From an uncultured delta proteobacterium (GTDB lineage: Bacteria > Desulfobacterota > WTBG01 > CAIYCZ01 > CAIRTM01): DNA of 64,000 bases. This document shows positions 31,903-43,967 of the stretch, one piece after another; the stretch's first letter is position 1; every line of letters starts with the position of its first letter. Where the stretch lies: NCBI GenBank assembly GCA_963718965.1, contig CAVRBJ010000010.1, positions 1,540-65,539 on the forward strand. Direction: 5' to 3'. The notes beneath the pieces are model-generated. The model searched no databases, had not been told where the DNA came from, and worked only from the letters and a program-made list of their open reading frames with translations. Made by a program: the position numbers and the translations under genes.

Positions 31903-33630
31903 ATGCTGCTGGATCTTTTTGTCAGGGATTTTGCCATAATTGAATCACTCCACGTTTCATTTGCCGCGGGGCTGACCATGATTACCGGCGAGACAGGAGC
32001 GGGTAAATCAATACTGGTCGGCGCGCTGTCCCTGCTCATGGGCGGCAGAGCATCTGCCGAAATGATTCGTTCCGGCAGTGATGAAGCTGTCGTTGAGGCT
32101 GTTTTCGATATTACGCGAATACCGGACATAGGTGAAATGCTTACCTCATATGGGCTTGATGCGGGAGGTGATCAACTTATTATCCGCCGCATCATCTCCC
32201 GGACAGGTAAAAACCGCATCATGATAGGCGACCGCCTTGCGACGATGCAGATGCTTGCCCAGCTCTCGGGGATGCTTGTTGATATTTCCGGTCAGTATTC
32301 CCAACAGCTGCTCCTGCAGGCTGAAAAGCACATTGAACTGCTTGACGCATATGCGGAGCTTTTGCCGCTCAGAGCTCGCTATCAGGAGAAGTATACACGA
32401 TATCAGACGATTGCAGCTGAGCTCCAATCGCTCACCATGCTGCGCCAAACTGCTGCACGGCGCAGGGAGCTTATTGCTTTTCAGTATGATGAAATCAGCC
32501 GCGCTCATCTGTCGTCTGTTGAGGAAGAATCCCTTGAGCAGGAGCGAACAATTGTTACAAGCGCGCAAACGCTTTACGAGAAGGCCTACGGCGTCTATAC
32601 TGCGCTCTACGAGGATGAGCAATCCTGCCTTGGCATGCTCAAAAAACTGGCCTATGAGCTGCGGGAAGCTGCTGCAATCGATGCGTCCTTGTCATCGACG
32701 CACGATGGGCTTGAATCCTATCTTCTCGGCATCGAAGACACGGCATTGTCGCTTCGCGACTATGCCGAAAAAATTACCATGGACCCGGCCAGGCTTGATC
32801 AAATTGAAACAAGGCTTGATGAGCTGCATCGGCTGAAAAAGAAATACGGAAAAACTATTCCTGAAATTATTTTATATCTTGATGAAATTCGCGCAGAGCT
32901 TGAGAATATTGACGAAAGCGGCAACCGCATTAATGAACTCACCCGCGAACTGCTCAAGAATGCCGATGAGCTGTGGATTCTTGCTGCAGAGCTTTCAGAA
33001 GGGAGAGTAAAGGGTTCACACACTCTTAGAAAAAAAGTTGAAGCGGAGCTTGCTTCTATCGGCATGAAAAAAGTTTCTTTTGCAGCACAAATTAAAACTG
33101 CCGGACGTTCAATCACTGATGACCCAGCCCATGCTTGTGCCGGACTCACACCACTTGGCATGGATACGGTTGAATTTTTCATCTCACCCAATCAGGGCGA
33201 AGAGCCGAAACCTCTGTCGCGCATTGCTTCGGGTGGGGAAATATCCCGTATTGTGCTGGCGTTAAAGAAAATAATAGCTGCCAACTACAAAGTTCCGACA
33301 CTGCTTTTTGATGAAGTCGATGCCGGCATTGGCGGTGCAGTTGCAGAATCTCTCGGCAGAAAGCTCAAGGAAATATCCACGTCCCATCAGGTGCTCTGCA
33401 TAACCCATCTGCCGCAAATTGCCTGTTTCGGCTCACAGCACCTGAGCGTCCAGAAATATGCTAAAAATGGACGAACGGTCACCGGCGTGCTGCAGCTTGA
33501 AGGCGAGGAGAGGGTAAGCGAACTGTCAAGAATGCTCGGCGGCATAAAAATTTCAGAAGCAACGCGCAAGCACGCACATGAAATGCTGTCTGTCGCACAG
33601 CAGTCTGTCGGTATGCGAGGTCAAGCATGA
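31903..33630 (+). CDS. recN: DNA repair protein RecN
   Basis: MLLDLFVRDFAIIESL, Walker A GETGAGKSIL, a long coiled coil, the SGGE signature (ASGGEISRIVLAL) and Walker B LLFDEVDAGIGG. The ORF could start at 31876, but 31903 matches the family N-terminus. Confidence 0.9.
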   Translation: MLLDLFVRDFAIIESLHVSFAAGLTMITGETGAGKSILVGALSLLMGGRASAEMIRSGSDEAVVEAVFDITRIPDIGEMLTSYGLDAGGDQLIIRRIISRTGKNRIMIGDRLATMQMLAQLSGMLVDISGQYSQQLLLQAEKHIELLDAYAELLPLRARYQEKYTRYQTIAAELQSLTMLRQTAARRRELIAFQYDEISRAHLSSVEEESLEQERTIVTSAQTLYEKAYGVYTALYEDEQSCLGMLKKLAYELREAAAIDASLSSTHDGLESYLLGIEDTALSLRDYAEKITMDPARLDQIETRLDELHRLKKKYGKTIPEIILYLDEIRAELENIDESGNRINELTRELLKNADELWILAAELSEGRVKGSHTLRKKVEAELASIGMKKVSFAAQIKTAGRSITDDPAHACAGLTPLGMDTVEFFISPNQGEEPKPLSRIASGGEISRIVLALKKIIAANYKVPTLLFDEVDAGIGGAVAESLGRKLKEISTSHQVLCITHLPQIACFGSQHLSVQKYAKNGRTVTGVLQLEGEERVSELSRMLGGIKISEATRKHAHEMLSVAQQSVGMRGQA

Positions 33631-34076
33631 TACGAAAAGCCGGTATGAGCGATGTTCGGTCGATGCACGGGATTCTGACCCACTATGCTGCGAAGGGTTT
33701 GCTTCTCGGCAGATCTTTGAGCGATCTGTATTCCCAGCTCAGAGATTTCATCATTGTGGAGGATGATGCCACCCATGCGGTCGTTGGTACCTGCAGCCTG
33801 CGCATATGCTGGGAGGATATTGCAGAGATACGGTCTCTTGCTGTCAGGGAGGATTATCACGGAAGAGATATGGGCCGGGCAATGGTTGAAACCTGTATTA
33901 AGGAAGCGCGCGAGTTGGGCTTGAAGAAGATATTCGTCTTGACATATGTACCGGCTTTTTTCGAGAAACTCGGATTCAGCATGGTTGATAAATCAGTTTT
34001 GCCCCATAAGGTGTGGGGTGATTGCATCAAATGCGTTAAATTTCCGGATTGTGATGAAGAGGCTTTGATTCTGTGA
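33627..34076 (+). CDS. GNAT-family N-acetyltransferase (short ArgA-like type)
   Basis: 149 aa. Acetyl-CoA motif region RSLAVREDYHGRDMGRAMV. The start overlaps the recN stop as ATGA. Confidence 0.8.
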   Translation: MIRKAGMSDVRSMHGILTHYAAKGLLLGRSLSDLYSQLRDFIIVEDDATHAVVGTCSLRICWEDIAEIRSLAVREDYHGRDMGRAMVETCIKEARELGLKKIFVLTYVPAFFEKLGFSMVDKSVLPHKVWGDCIKCVKFPDCDEEALIL

Positions 34077-34202
34077 ACTCTAGTTTCTTCTTTTACCGCT
34101 CACGCACCTGCTGGATCAGTACGCCGAACTTTCAGCATATGCCTGCCTGGAATTTTAGTTGCGTGAATGTATGCGTATAATCTCCAGCACTCATCCGGTC
34201 TA

Positions 34203-35205
34203 TCAATCCTCAATGCCGGGTTTGCTTTCCGTATCGATAAAGGTATCAGTGTACAGATAACGATCGAAAAGCTTATTGTAACTTGTCCATTTTGTCTCAG
34301 GATTTCTTTCTTTCTTTATATGTTCATTGCAGACGAACATTTTTGCATCAAGGTCATCCAGATAGCTCAGCAGCAATGCCTCGGGAATTTTGGGCCTTTT
34401 CGGTGAACCGAATTCATACTGACCGTGGTGGCTGAGCATAAGGTGCCGCACAACAAGAGCAAGACTCCTCCGGGAATTCAGGTAGTTGCTTTATGGCATC
34501 AGTAACAATATCATCACCAAGTGTTATATGGCCTATCAGCCGGCCCTCGTCCGTATAGGAAAAACTTTTTTCATAGGAGAGCTCATAAATTTTCCCAATA
34601 TCATGCAGGATAGCACCGGTCAGGAGCAGGTCTCTGTTGAGGTTGGGGTACAGGGGGGCAACCGCACAGTGCAAGCCGTGTCAACATTTGCCGTGTGCTC
34701 GATAAGCCCCCCCAGGTAGTCATGATGAATGCTTTTTGCAGCAGGCGCGGCTTTAAATGCTGTTGCAATATCATCCCTGCTGAAAATAAGCTCCAAAAGC
34801 CTGCTCAGATGCGGGTTTGAAAAAGACCGGCACATGCCAAGCAATTCCGAAAACAGTTCATCTGGATTAATCTTAGAGGCCGGAAGCAGTTCCCTGAGCA
34901 GTGCTTCATCGGCAGGAAATTTTTCAATGCCGGTGATATTGAGTTGGAGTGTTCCCTGGTACATAACAGAAAATGCTTTCAGGGTGACACTATCGCCTTG
35001 AGAAAATCTGGGCGCCGAGTTTCTCTGCATTGTCCCATATGCGGGCCTTCACTTCTCCTGTTTTATCAGTGAGATTCAGGGCAATATATTGCTTGCCGTT
35101 TTTTGTCATGCCATTGTTTTTATCTTTGACCAGAAAAAGTCCGTCTATGTGTGCGTTTTCAGTTATTTCAGACACATAAATTTTTTTTGATTCTAAAAAT
35201 CCCAT
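34203..35205 (-). pseudogene. OB-fold plus HD-domain 3'-5' exoribonuclease (YhaM-like), at least 3 frameshifts
   Basis: Four consecutive fragments: 34990..35205 (OB fold, GKQYIALNLTDKTGEVKARIWDN), 34620..35030 (HHDYLGGLIEHT), 34414..34674 (LLTGAILHDIGK) and 34203..34451 (LSHHGQYEFGSPKRPKIPEALLLSYLDDLDAK). Confidence 0.8.
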
Positions 35206-35234
35206 GTTCGGTCCTTTCTTATACCAGCGGCTGG

Positions 35235-36476
35235 CTATGACAGCATCGGAATTATTTCATCCATGGTTTTCATATCCGTATCCGGCGCTGATTCAGATAG
35301 AATATAGCTTGCAGCTTTGAACAGCGGATCGCCTGTTATTGCAGGGGTAAATTCCTGAACAGTTGTCGCTTGATGAATGATCGAGCGTACGTCGGCAAGC
35401 ATCATTTTATCAAGAGGTTTGGCGGGAATAAAACAGCTTTTCGGTTGTATCGATTCAATCAGCATTCCGTGACGAATCATTGATTCCATCAATTCATGAA
35501 CGATATGGTGCGGAATTTTAAGTTCGATAGCTATTATTTTAAGAGGTACGGGCTTAGCCTGTTTGAGGAATTCTTTAGCTATAAAAAGGAAAACAACCAG
35601 TGTGTACAACTCTCTCGTAATCGCCCTGCAGCACCGGAATTTTATATGAATTGGCATAGAAACGGCGGTTTTGATGCATGAAGGTCAGTTCTGCGCCGAA
35701 AAGAAAGAGAATCCAGCATAAAAAAATCCATAAAAGGAACAGAGGAATTGCCGCAAGGGAACCAAAAATTTTAGGATAATAAAAAAAGAAACGCGATGTG
35801 TAAATTGAAAATGCAATGCCGGATAGTTTCCAAAGCGTAGCGGCAAAAACACCACCAAACAGTGCGGAAGAAAAACTGACCGGCGTGCCAGGCATCAGGA
35901 AATAGATGATAGTAAACGCGCTCCAGATAAGTATATAGGAAAGCAGTGTTACGCCGTGAGCAGCTGACATAGGTTTCAATTATTTTTAAAGGGATATACG
36001 CCTGCAGGGTAACAAATAATAAAAAGAGAAAGTGCAATTAATACCGGCCCTATGGTAAGCAAAGCCCAATAGATTGCTGCCCGCGAAAGTGTAGAAGGTT
36101 TTTTTTGAATCAGCCAGATTTCATTCAGAGCATACTCGATTTCAAACAGCAGCAGAAAAACCGAAACAATAAGAAGCGAAGCGCTAAAAATACCAATAGT
36201 GCTGAAATCTATATTGTTGACCAGGTCATTGAGAATGGTTATGACCTTTTCCTGCGCCCACGGTGCAAGCGTTTTATAAATATAGGGCTGCACCATGTTT
36301 TTAATTTCAGCAAGGCTGCCGAAGACATTGAAAACAAAAAAAAGAACGCTTAAGAGGGGGATCAGGGAAAATATAGTCGTATAGGTCAGGGAGGCTGCCC
36401 ACAGAAGTCGCTTCTCAGTAAAGAATCGCTGAAGCGAGTAAATCAAAATTTTGAGAAATATGGTCAGCTGGTTCAT
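35235..36476 (-). pseudogene. YihY/BrkB (RNase BN-like) family membrane protein with a C-terminal winged-helix-like extension, 2 frameshifts
   Basis: Fragments 35976..36476 (ASLTYTTIFSLIPLL) and 35575..35979 (TM core) form the membrane domain. Fragment 35235..35657 is soluble (PLKIIAIELKIPHHIVHELMESMIRHGMLIE, Rrf2/wHTH-like). Confidence 0.75.
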
Positions 36477-36647
36477 AATAGCAGTGTCGCGACATTATAT
36501 CTATACAATTTTATTTTTATGATTGCACAGTCAGCAATACATGCCATGCCGGCTCAATGCAGCCTGGCGATAGACATACACGTGCTGATAGTGGTGGTGG
36601 CTTTTTTTGCTGCTGGCGATTATTTCAGTCTCAGGGAATTATCGTCA

Positions 36648-37760
36648 TCAGTGGGGTTGTATTTCTTTAGATTTCACAGCAGGCTGTGTGCTTTTATCTT
36701 GAACATCATCGATTTTAATGCGCAAACGCAAGTCATTTGCGCTGTCTGCATAGGCGATTGTATTCTCATAGGAAATTTTTCCATTTTTAAAAAGATCGAA
36801 CAAGGATTTATCAAAAGTCTGCATCCCCTCGGCTGAGCCTTCCTGCATCGCTTCTTTTAACACATCGATTTTTCTTTTCGAAATCAGGTCTTTAACCCGT
36901 GGCGTATCAATGAGAATCTCCATTGCTGCAACCCGCTTGCCATCAACGGTTGGGACAAGGCGCTGGGAAATAATTGCGCGAAGGTTGAGAGATAGCTGAA
37001 AATAAAATTGCGCATGTTTTTCATGAGGGAAAAAATTCATAATGCGCTCTATGGCCTGATTGGCATTATTGGCATGCAGGGTTGACAGGCATAAATGGCC
37101 GGTTTCAGAAAAGGTAATAGCAGATTCCATTGTTTCCCTGTCGCGGATTTCTCCGATCAATATGACATCAGGGGCCTGACGCAGGGTGTTTTTAAGAGCT
37201 TCTGAATAGCTGTAGGTGTCGATACCAATTTCACGCTGACTGACAATACATTTGCGGTGCGGATAGAGAAACTCAATGGGGTCTTCAACCGTAACGATAT
37301 GCCCAGTGGTCATGCTGCTGCGGTGTTCGATCATGGCGGCAAGAGTCGTTGATTTGCCGGTACCTGTGCCGCCAACGATAAGAACGAGACCTCGCTTGGC
37401 CAGGCAGATATCTTTTAATACGGGCGGCAACTGCAGATCATCAAGGGTATCTATTTCAAGCTTGATACGCCTGAATACAAGGCCGACAAAGCTTTTCTGG
37501 CGAAAAATATTTACTCTGAAACGTCCAAGCTCGGGATAATACAGGCCCAAATTCATTTCCAATGTTTCAGAAAAAGCCGCCTTTTGCCGCTCGGTCATAA
37601 GCGATTGGGCAATATCCTCTGTTTGATGTGACGTGAGTTTTGATTCACCATAGGGCCGGGTAAGCCCTTCGATCCTGAACATGGGAGGAGCATCAACCGT
37701 CATGTACAGATCGGAGGCCTTCACCTTATCCATAATTATCAATAATTCTTTAATGGTCAT
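36648..37760 (-). CDS. pilU: type IV pilus retraction ATPase, PilU-like
   Basis: 370 aa, intact. Walker A GGTGTGKST, Asp/His boxes (VILIGEIRDRET, LSTLHANNANQAIERI), and the PilU-type C-terminus (MQTFDKSLFDLFKNGKISYENTIAYADSANDL). Confidence 0.88.
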   Translation of the reverse strand: MTIKELLIIMDKVKASDLYMTVDAPPMFRIEGLTRPYGESKLTSHQTEDIAQSLMTERQKAAFSETLEMNLGLYYPELGRFRVNIFRQKSFVGLVFRRIKLEIDTLDDLQLPPVLKDICLAKRGLVLIVGGTGTGKSTTLAAMIEHRSSMTTGHIVTVEDPIEFLYPHRKCIVSQREIGIDTYSYSEALKNTLRQAPDVILIGEIRDRETMESAITFSETGHLCLSTLHANNANQAIERIMNFFPHEKHAQFYFQLSLNLRAIISQRLVPTVDGKRVAAMEILIDTPRVKDLISKRKIDVLKEAMQEGSAEGMQTFDKSLFDLFKNGKISYENTIAYADSANDLRLRIKIDDVQDKSTQPAVKSKEIQPH

Positions 37761-37783
37761 TTGAAAATCCCCTGATAGGGTAA

Positions 37784-38823
37784 TTAGATATTCAGTGTTT
37801 CGTCAAGTATGCCTTCAGCCTCTTCGGGTGAAATAATTTTACGGTTGATAAGTTCCTTCAGTGCAGCGTCCATGGTCTGCATGCCGTATTTCTGACCGGT
37901 CTGCATAACTGACGGTATCTGAGATACTTTGCTTTCACGAATGAGATTTCTAATGGCCGTCGTTCCGATCATAACTTCGACTGCAGCCACGCGTCCTGTG
38001 CCGTCACGACGCTTGAAAAGCCGCTGGGAAATAACGGCTTGAAGGGATTCGGAAAACTGCGTCCTGACCTGTGCCTGCTGATTCGGTGGGAAAAACATCA
38101 ATAATACGGTCAATGGTTTTTGCGGCACCGGTTGTATGCAGTGTGGCAAAAACCAGATGCCCGGTTTCAGCAGCGGTAAGGGCAAGCTGAATTGTTTCAA
38201 GATCGCGCATTTCACCCACAAGAATAACATCAGGATCTTCTCGAAGTGCGCTTCGCAGCGCATTGGCAAAGCTGTGCGTGTGGGCCAGAAGTTCCCGCTG
38301 ATTTATCAAACAATTAATCGATGTATGGATAAATTCGATGGGGTCTTCAATGGTAATGATATGCTCTTTGCGGTCATTATTGATATGATTAATTATGGCG
38401 GCAAGCGTTGTCGATTTCCCGCTGCCCGTGGGGCCGGTGACAAGAACAAGGCCTCTGCGGTTTTTTGCAATCTGGCGGCAGACACGGGGAAGACCGAGTT
38501 CTTCAAAGGTATGAATTTTACTCGGAATAGATCGAAAAACGGCTGCTTCACCACGTTGCTGAAAAAAACAGTTGACGCGAAATCTGCCATATTCACCAAG
38601 GGCAATTGAAAAATCCAGCTCTTTTGTTTCCTCAAGGGTTTTGCGCTGCCGGTCATTGAGTATTTCATATATCAGCTTGTGCACCTGTTCGGCTGTCAAG
38701 GCACGGTATTTCCAGTTTGCGCAGCTCACCATGAATACGAAGCATGGGCGGCTCTCCGGCGCTTATATGGAGATCAGAGGCTTTTTGGTTAACGGCAAAT
38801 ATGAGCAATTCAGATGCATCCAT
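37784..38823 (-). pseudogene. pilT: type IV pilus twitching-motility ATPase PilT, at least 2 frameshifts
   Basis: The N-terminus starts at the ATG at 38823 (MDASELLIFAVNQKASDLHISAGEPPMLRIHGEL). The middle fragment 38004..38732 has GPTGSGKSTT, ILVGEMRDLETI and FATLHT. The C-terminal fragment 37784..38269 has AVISQRL, TTAIRNLIRE and GMQTMDAAL. Confidence 0.88.
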
Positions 38824-39005
38824 AATTAGCTCCACTATGAAATTAGTGAGTAAGTCTTTTTAAGAGTTTACTTATTTACAATGAATATGCAATAGAAATT
38901 TCCAAAAAAACTCGCAGGAGTAATCATGCATTGTTTTTAACCATAAGTTTTGATATACAGTATAATATTAACAATACAGCTTACAGCAGGGGTCCTATAT
39001 GCAAA

Positions 39006-39748
39006 ATGAAGATGAATACCATCGCGAATGATAGCAATGCCAGGACGAGCATAGACCTGCAGCAGCTTCAGAATTCCATTGGTTACCAATTCAAAAACAA
39101 AGCGCTTCTGCAGGAGGCTTTAACGCATAAGTCATATGCCAATGAAATGCAGCTTGAAAATTCATACGGTAATGAGCGGCTGGAGTTTATCGGTGATGCG
39201 GTTTTAGGGCTTATTGTCAGCCATATTCTTATGGACCGTGCAAAAAACTGCTCTGAAGGCAAGCTTTCCAATATGCGTGCTGCCATAGTCAATGAAGATG
39301 TGCTTTCCGGCCTTGCCCGCTCATTTGGCATCGGCGCATGCATTCTTTTAAGCAAGGGTGAGGATGAATGCGGCGGCCGTGAAAAAAAATCCATATCTGG
39401 CCAATGTGTATGAAGCACTTATTGCCGCCATTTATTATGACAGCGATTTTGCAACAGTATTCAGCCTTATAGAAAAGCACTGTGCGGCGATGATGGATGA
39501 AGTCGTGCAAAAAGGGTTATTTTCGTGATTTCAAAAGCAGGCTTCAGGAATATGCGCAGCGGTCACTCAATGCCGTTCCGCGGTATGTGTTGACCATGGA
39601 AGACGGGCCTGATCACGGCAAAATATTTGAGTCACAGGTAATTATAGGAAATTGCGCCTATGAAAAAGGGCAGGGCGGTAATAAAAAGGCTTCGGAGCAG
39701 GATGCTGCCGAAAAAACATTACATATCCTGCAGGGTGAAAAATCATGA
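39006..39748 (+). pseudogene. rnc: ribonuclease III, 2 frameshifts (about 39400 and about 39510)
   Basis: Fragment 39006..39413 carries the RNase III signature NERLEFIGDAVLG. The middle piece LANVYEALIAAIYYDS is in another frame. Fragment 39497..39748 is the dsRBD (DFKSRLQEYAQRS, GGNKKASEQDAAEKTL). Confidence 0.9.
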
Positions 39749-41075
39749 AAACGAAGCCTGTTGTTGCAATAGTCGGCAGACCCAATGTCGGGAAATCAAC
39801 TTTGTTTAATACTCTTGCGAAAAGAAATATCGCCATTGTTGACGATCTTGCAGGAGTTACCAGAGACAGGAATTATGTTGATATACTCTGGGATGAGTAT
39901 GCATTCACGCTGGTTGATACCGGAGGTTTTGATCCTGATGTTGACGACGAACTTGCACTGCTTGTTCAGGAGCATGCGCGCCTGGCCGTTGAAGAGGCCG
40001 ATATTATCATTTTTCTCATGGACGGCAAAGCAGGGTCTTCTCCATTATGATATAGAAATCGCCAGAATACTGCAGAAATCCCGAAAGCCAGTCATTTATG
40101 CCGTTAATAAAGTTGAAAAAACGGTTGATGAGCTCAACAGTGTTGACTTCTATCGCCTTGGCGTTGAGCATGTGGCGCCTATTTCGGCAAAAAACAGGCT
40201 TGGCATACATGACTTAATGGCTGCAGTGTGCGCCTATGCAGCCCCTGGCCAGGAATCTGCTGAAGCAGTAGATGAGACCATAGTTTCGATTATCGGCAGG
40301 CCCAACGTAGGAAAATCATCGCTTGTCAATAAGCTGCTCGGCTATAAAAAGCACATGGTAAGCAGTATTGCCGGCACAACGCGCGATCCCATTGATACCA
40401 TAATTAAATATAACCAAAAAACAATACGCTTTATCGATACGGCGGGCATTCGCAAAAAGAGCCGCATGAGCTACAGTCTTGAAAAGTATACCGCACTTCA
40501 GGCACTGCGAAGCATCAACCGATCATCAATCTGTATTTTAATGATTGATGCATCACAGGGCGTTACCACGCAGGATGCAAAATTGGCCGCCGAGATTTAT
40601 GATCGCAAACGCGCCTGCATATATTGATAAATAAATGGGATCTCATTGAGAAAGAGACTAAAACGCATGAAGCTTTCGTGGATGATGTTCGGGCCGAGTT
40701 GTCATTTATCGATTTTGCCCCGATTGTAACTGTTTCCGCAGTTACGGGCTTGCGGGTCAGGAAACTTTTTGAGCTGATTGAAACTCTCGGAGCAGGGTAT
40801 TCTCGCAGGGTTGCTACGAGTGAGGTAAATAGAGGCATTGAGCAGATTTACAATCAGAATCCGCCGCCGCGGGGCCTTCAAGCAGAACGCGCATTTATTA
40901 TGCTTCTCAGGTTGCTACTGCTCCGCCGACGTTTAAAATATTCACCAATCACACGGATGCATTTCAGCCATCCTATCTCCGCTATTTTGAACGTGCAGTT
41001 CGTGAACGTTTCGGCTTTGATGGTCTTCCCATACGAATTGAAATTGCCGCCCGGACTAAAAAAGAAAAGCCTTAG
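39745..41075 (+). pseudogene. der: ribosome-associated GTPase Der (EngA), at least 3 frameshifts
   Basis: Two G domains ([16 protein letters not shown] with DTGG, and [14 protein letters not shown] with DTAGIRKK), then a KH-like C-terminus ([40 protein letters not shown]). The sequence is spread over ORFs 39745..40050, 39785..40627, 40624..41127 and a fourth frame. The start overlaps the rnc stop as ATGA. Confidence 0.88.
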
Positions 41076-41517
41076 CCAGGTTTTTCTATGTGCATGCGCA
41101 ATAAGGGCCTGCAATCCAAGCAGGTAGCTCTGTTCTCTGAATCCAGAAATAACTCCAAGGGCTACGCCTGAAATATAGGAGTGCTGCCTGAAATCCTCCC
41201 TGCAGTAAATATTCGATAGATGGACTTCAACAACAGGAATTCCTGCCGCACAGTATCGCATCGCGAAGCGCTATGCTTGTATGCGTGTAGGCTCCGGGGT
41301 TTATCATAATTCCATCAAAAACCCCGATGGCTTTATGCACTGCATCAACAAGCTCTCCCTCGGCGTTTGACTGATAAAAGCTTATCGCAATGCGTGCTTT
41401 TTGAGCGGCATCCTGCAGCAGCGCATTGATCATATCAAGGGTCAGGATGCCGTAGTGATCAGGCTCTCGCCTGCCGAGAAGATTTAAATTGGGGCCATGT
41501 ATCACAAGTATATTCAT
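41072..41517 (-). pseudogene. aroQ: type II 3-dehydroquinate dehydratase, frameshift near 41250; 3' end uncertain
   Basis: [23 protein letters not shown] and [16 protein letters not shown] lie in fragment 41227..41526. [24 protein letters not shown] lies in fragment 40878..41261, which runs on implausibly far into the 3' end of der. Confidence 0.8.
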
Positions 41518-41529
41518 GATGAACACCTC

Positions 41530-42614
<1,085 letters not shown>

Positions 42615-42616
42615 AG

Positions 42617-43784
42617 TTAAAATGTAACAATATGAGAGGTATAGGCTTTGTAATTTTTAGTTATTTCCCGCATGCTGTCGCCGCCGAATTTTTCCAGCAT
42701 GATTTTAGTAAGTTCTATGGCTACCATGGCCTCGCCAATGACTGCGGCAGACGGAACACGGCAGATGTCTGAGCGCTCGACAGCGGCTTTAACAGGTTTT
42801 TTGGTTATAATGTCAACCGAATGCAGCGGGCTGTACAGTGTTGCGATGGGCTTCATGGCTGCCCTGATTATAAGCGGCTCACCATTAGATATGCCTCCTT
42901 CAATGCCGCCTGCATTATTTGTTTTTCTGAAAAAACCCCTGTTTGCAGCATGAAAAATTTCATCATGTACACCGGAGCCGCTTATACGGGCAGATTCAAA
43001 TCCAAGGCCTATTTCCACCCCTTTAATCGCCTGTATGCTCATGACAGCCTGCGCAAGCCTGCCGTCAAGCCGTGTGTCCCACTGTGAATAGCTTCCAAGC
43101 CCAACGGGCAAGCCCGGTTGCTGCAACCTCGAAAACGCCGCCTAATGAGTCTCCGTTCAGTCTGCATGCATCAATCCTTTTTTTAATTTTTTTTTCTGTT
43201 TCAGGGCAGACTGCAGCGAAGATCCGATTTTTCAGCCGATACGCATCTGTGTTTTCAGATCAAGGGAAGAACAGGGGATTCTGATACCGCCGATTTCAGT
43301 CACATAGCTGCATAATCTCTATGCCGAAAGCATGCAAGAAAGCTGCGGCATACGGCGCCTACAGCCACACGCGTTGTCGTTTCGCGCGCGCTGGCCCGCT
43401 CGAGTATATTGCGAATATCTTTCTGGTCATATTTCAGCGCTCCCGGCAAATCAGCATGCCCGGGCCGGGGTTCAGTTATAGGAGCAGCCGAACATTTCGC
43501 GGTTTGAAGCATGCGCACATTTTCTGCTGCCAGTTAGGCCAGTCAAGATTATGGATAAGCAGGGAAACAGGAGTGCCGAGCGTTTTGGCAAACCGGACAC
43601 CGGAAAGTATTTCAACCTGATCTTTTTCAATTTCCATGCGTCTGCCGCGGCCATAGCCGACCTGACGCCGGGCAAGGTCATGATTGATTGCTTCAGCCGT
43701 AAGTTTAAGCCCTGCGGGAATACCCTCAATGACAGCAGTCAGGGCCGGGCCGTGTGATTCACCTGCAGTTAAAAAGCGGAGCAT
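42617..43784 (-). pseudogene. aroC: chorismate synthase, at least 3 frameshifts
   Basis: Fragment 43476..43784 ([38 protein letters not shown]), fragment 43300..43518 ([16 protein letters not shown]) and fragment 42617..43126 ([31 protein letters not shown]). Confidence 0.9.
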
Positions 43785-43857
43785 TTTTTATACCTTTTAA
43801 TGTATATTTTACAGGATTTGTAGCACAGAAAAAAAAGAGGGCAATTTTAAAACAGAG

Positions 43858-43886
43858 AAGGCACAAGTTATTGCAACTTGTGCCTT
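43858..43886. terminator. perfect 12-bp hairpin downstream of the large beta-propeller gene
   Basis: AAGGCACAAGTT (43858-43869), loop ATTGC, AACTTGTGCCTT (43875-43886). On the minus strand a T-rich stretch follows. It lies between the end of the large gene (about 43968) and the aroC start (43784). Confidence 0.6.
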
Positions 43887-43967
43887 TCTGGGCAAAGGGC
43901 CGAATGAATTTCCTACATTCGCGTATTTATAAAGAAATTTGTCGGCACAATATTGCTATGCATGTTG

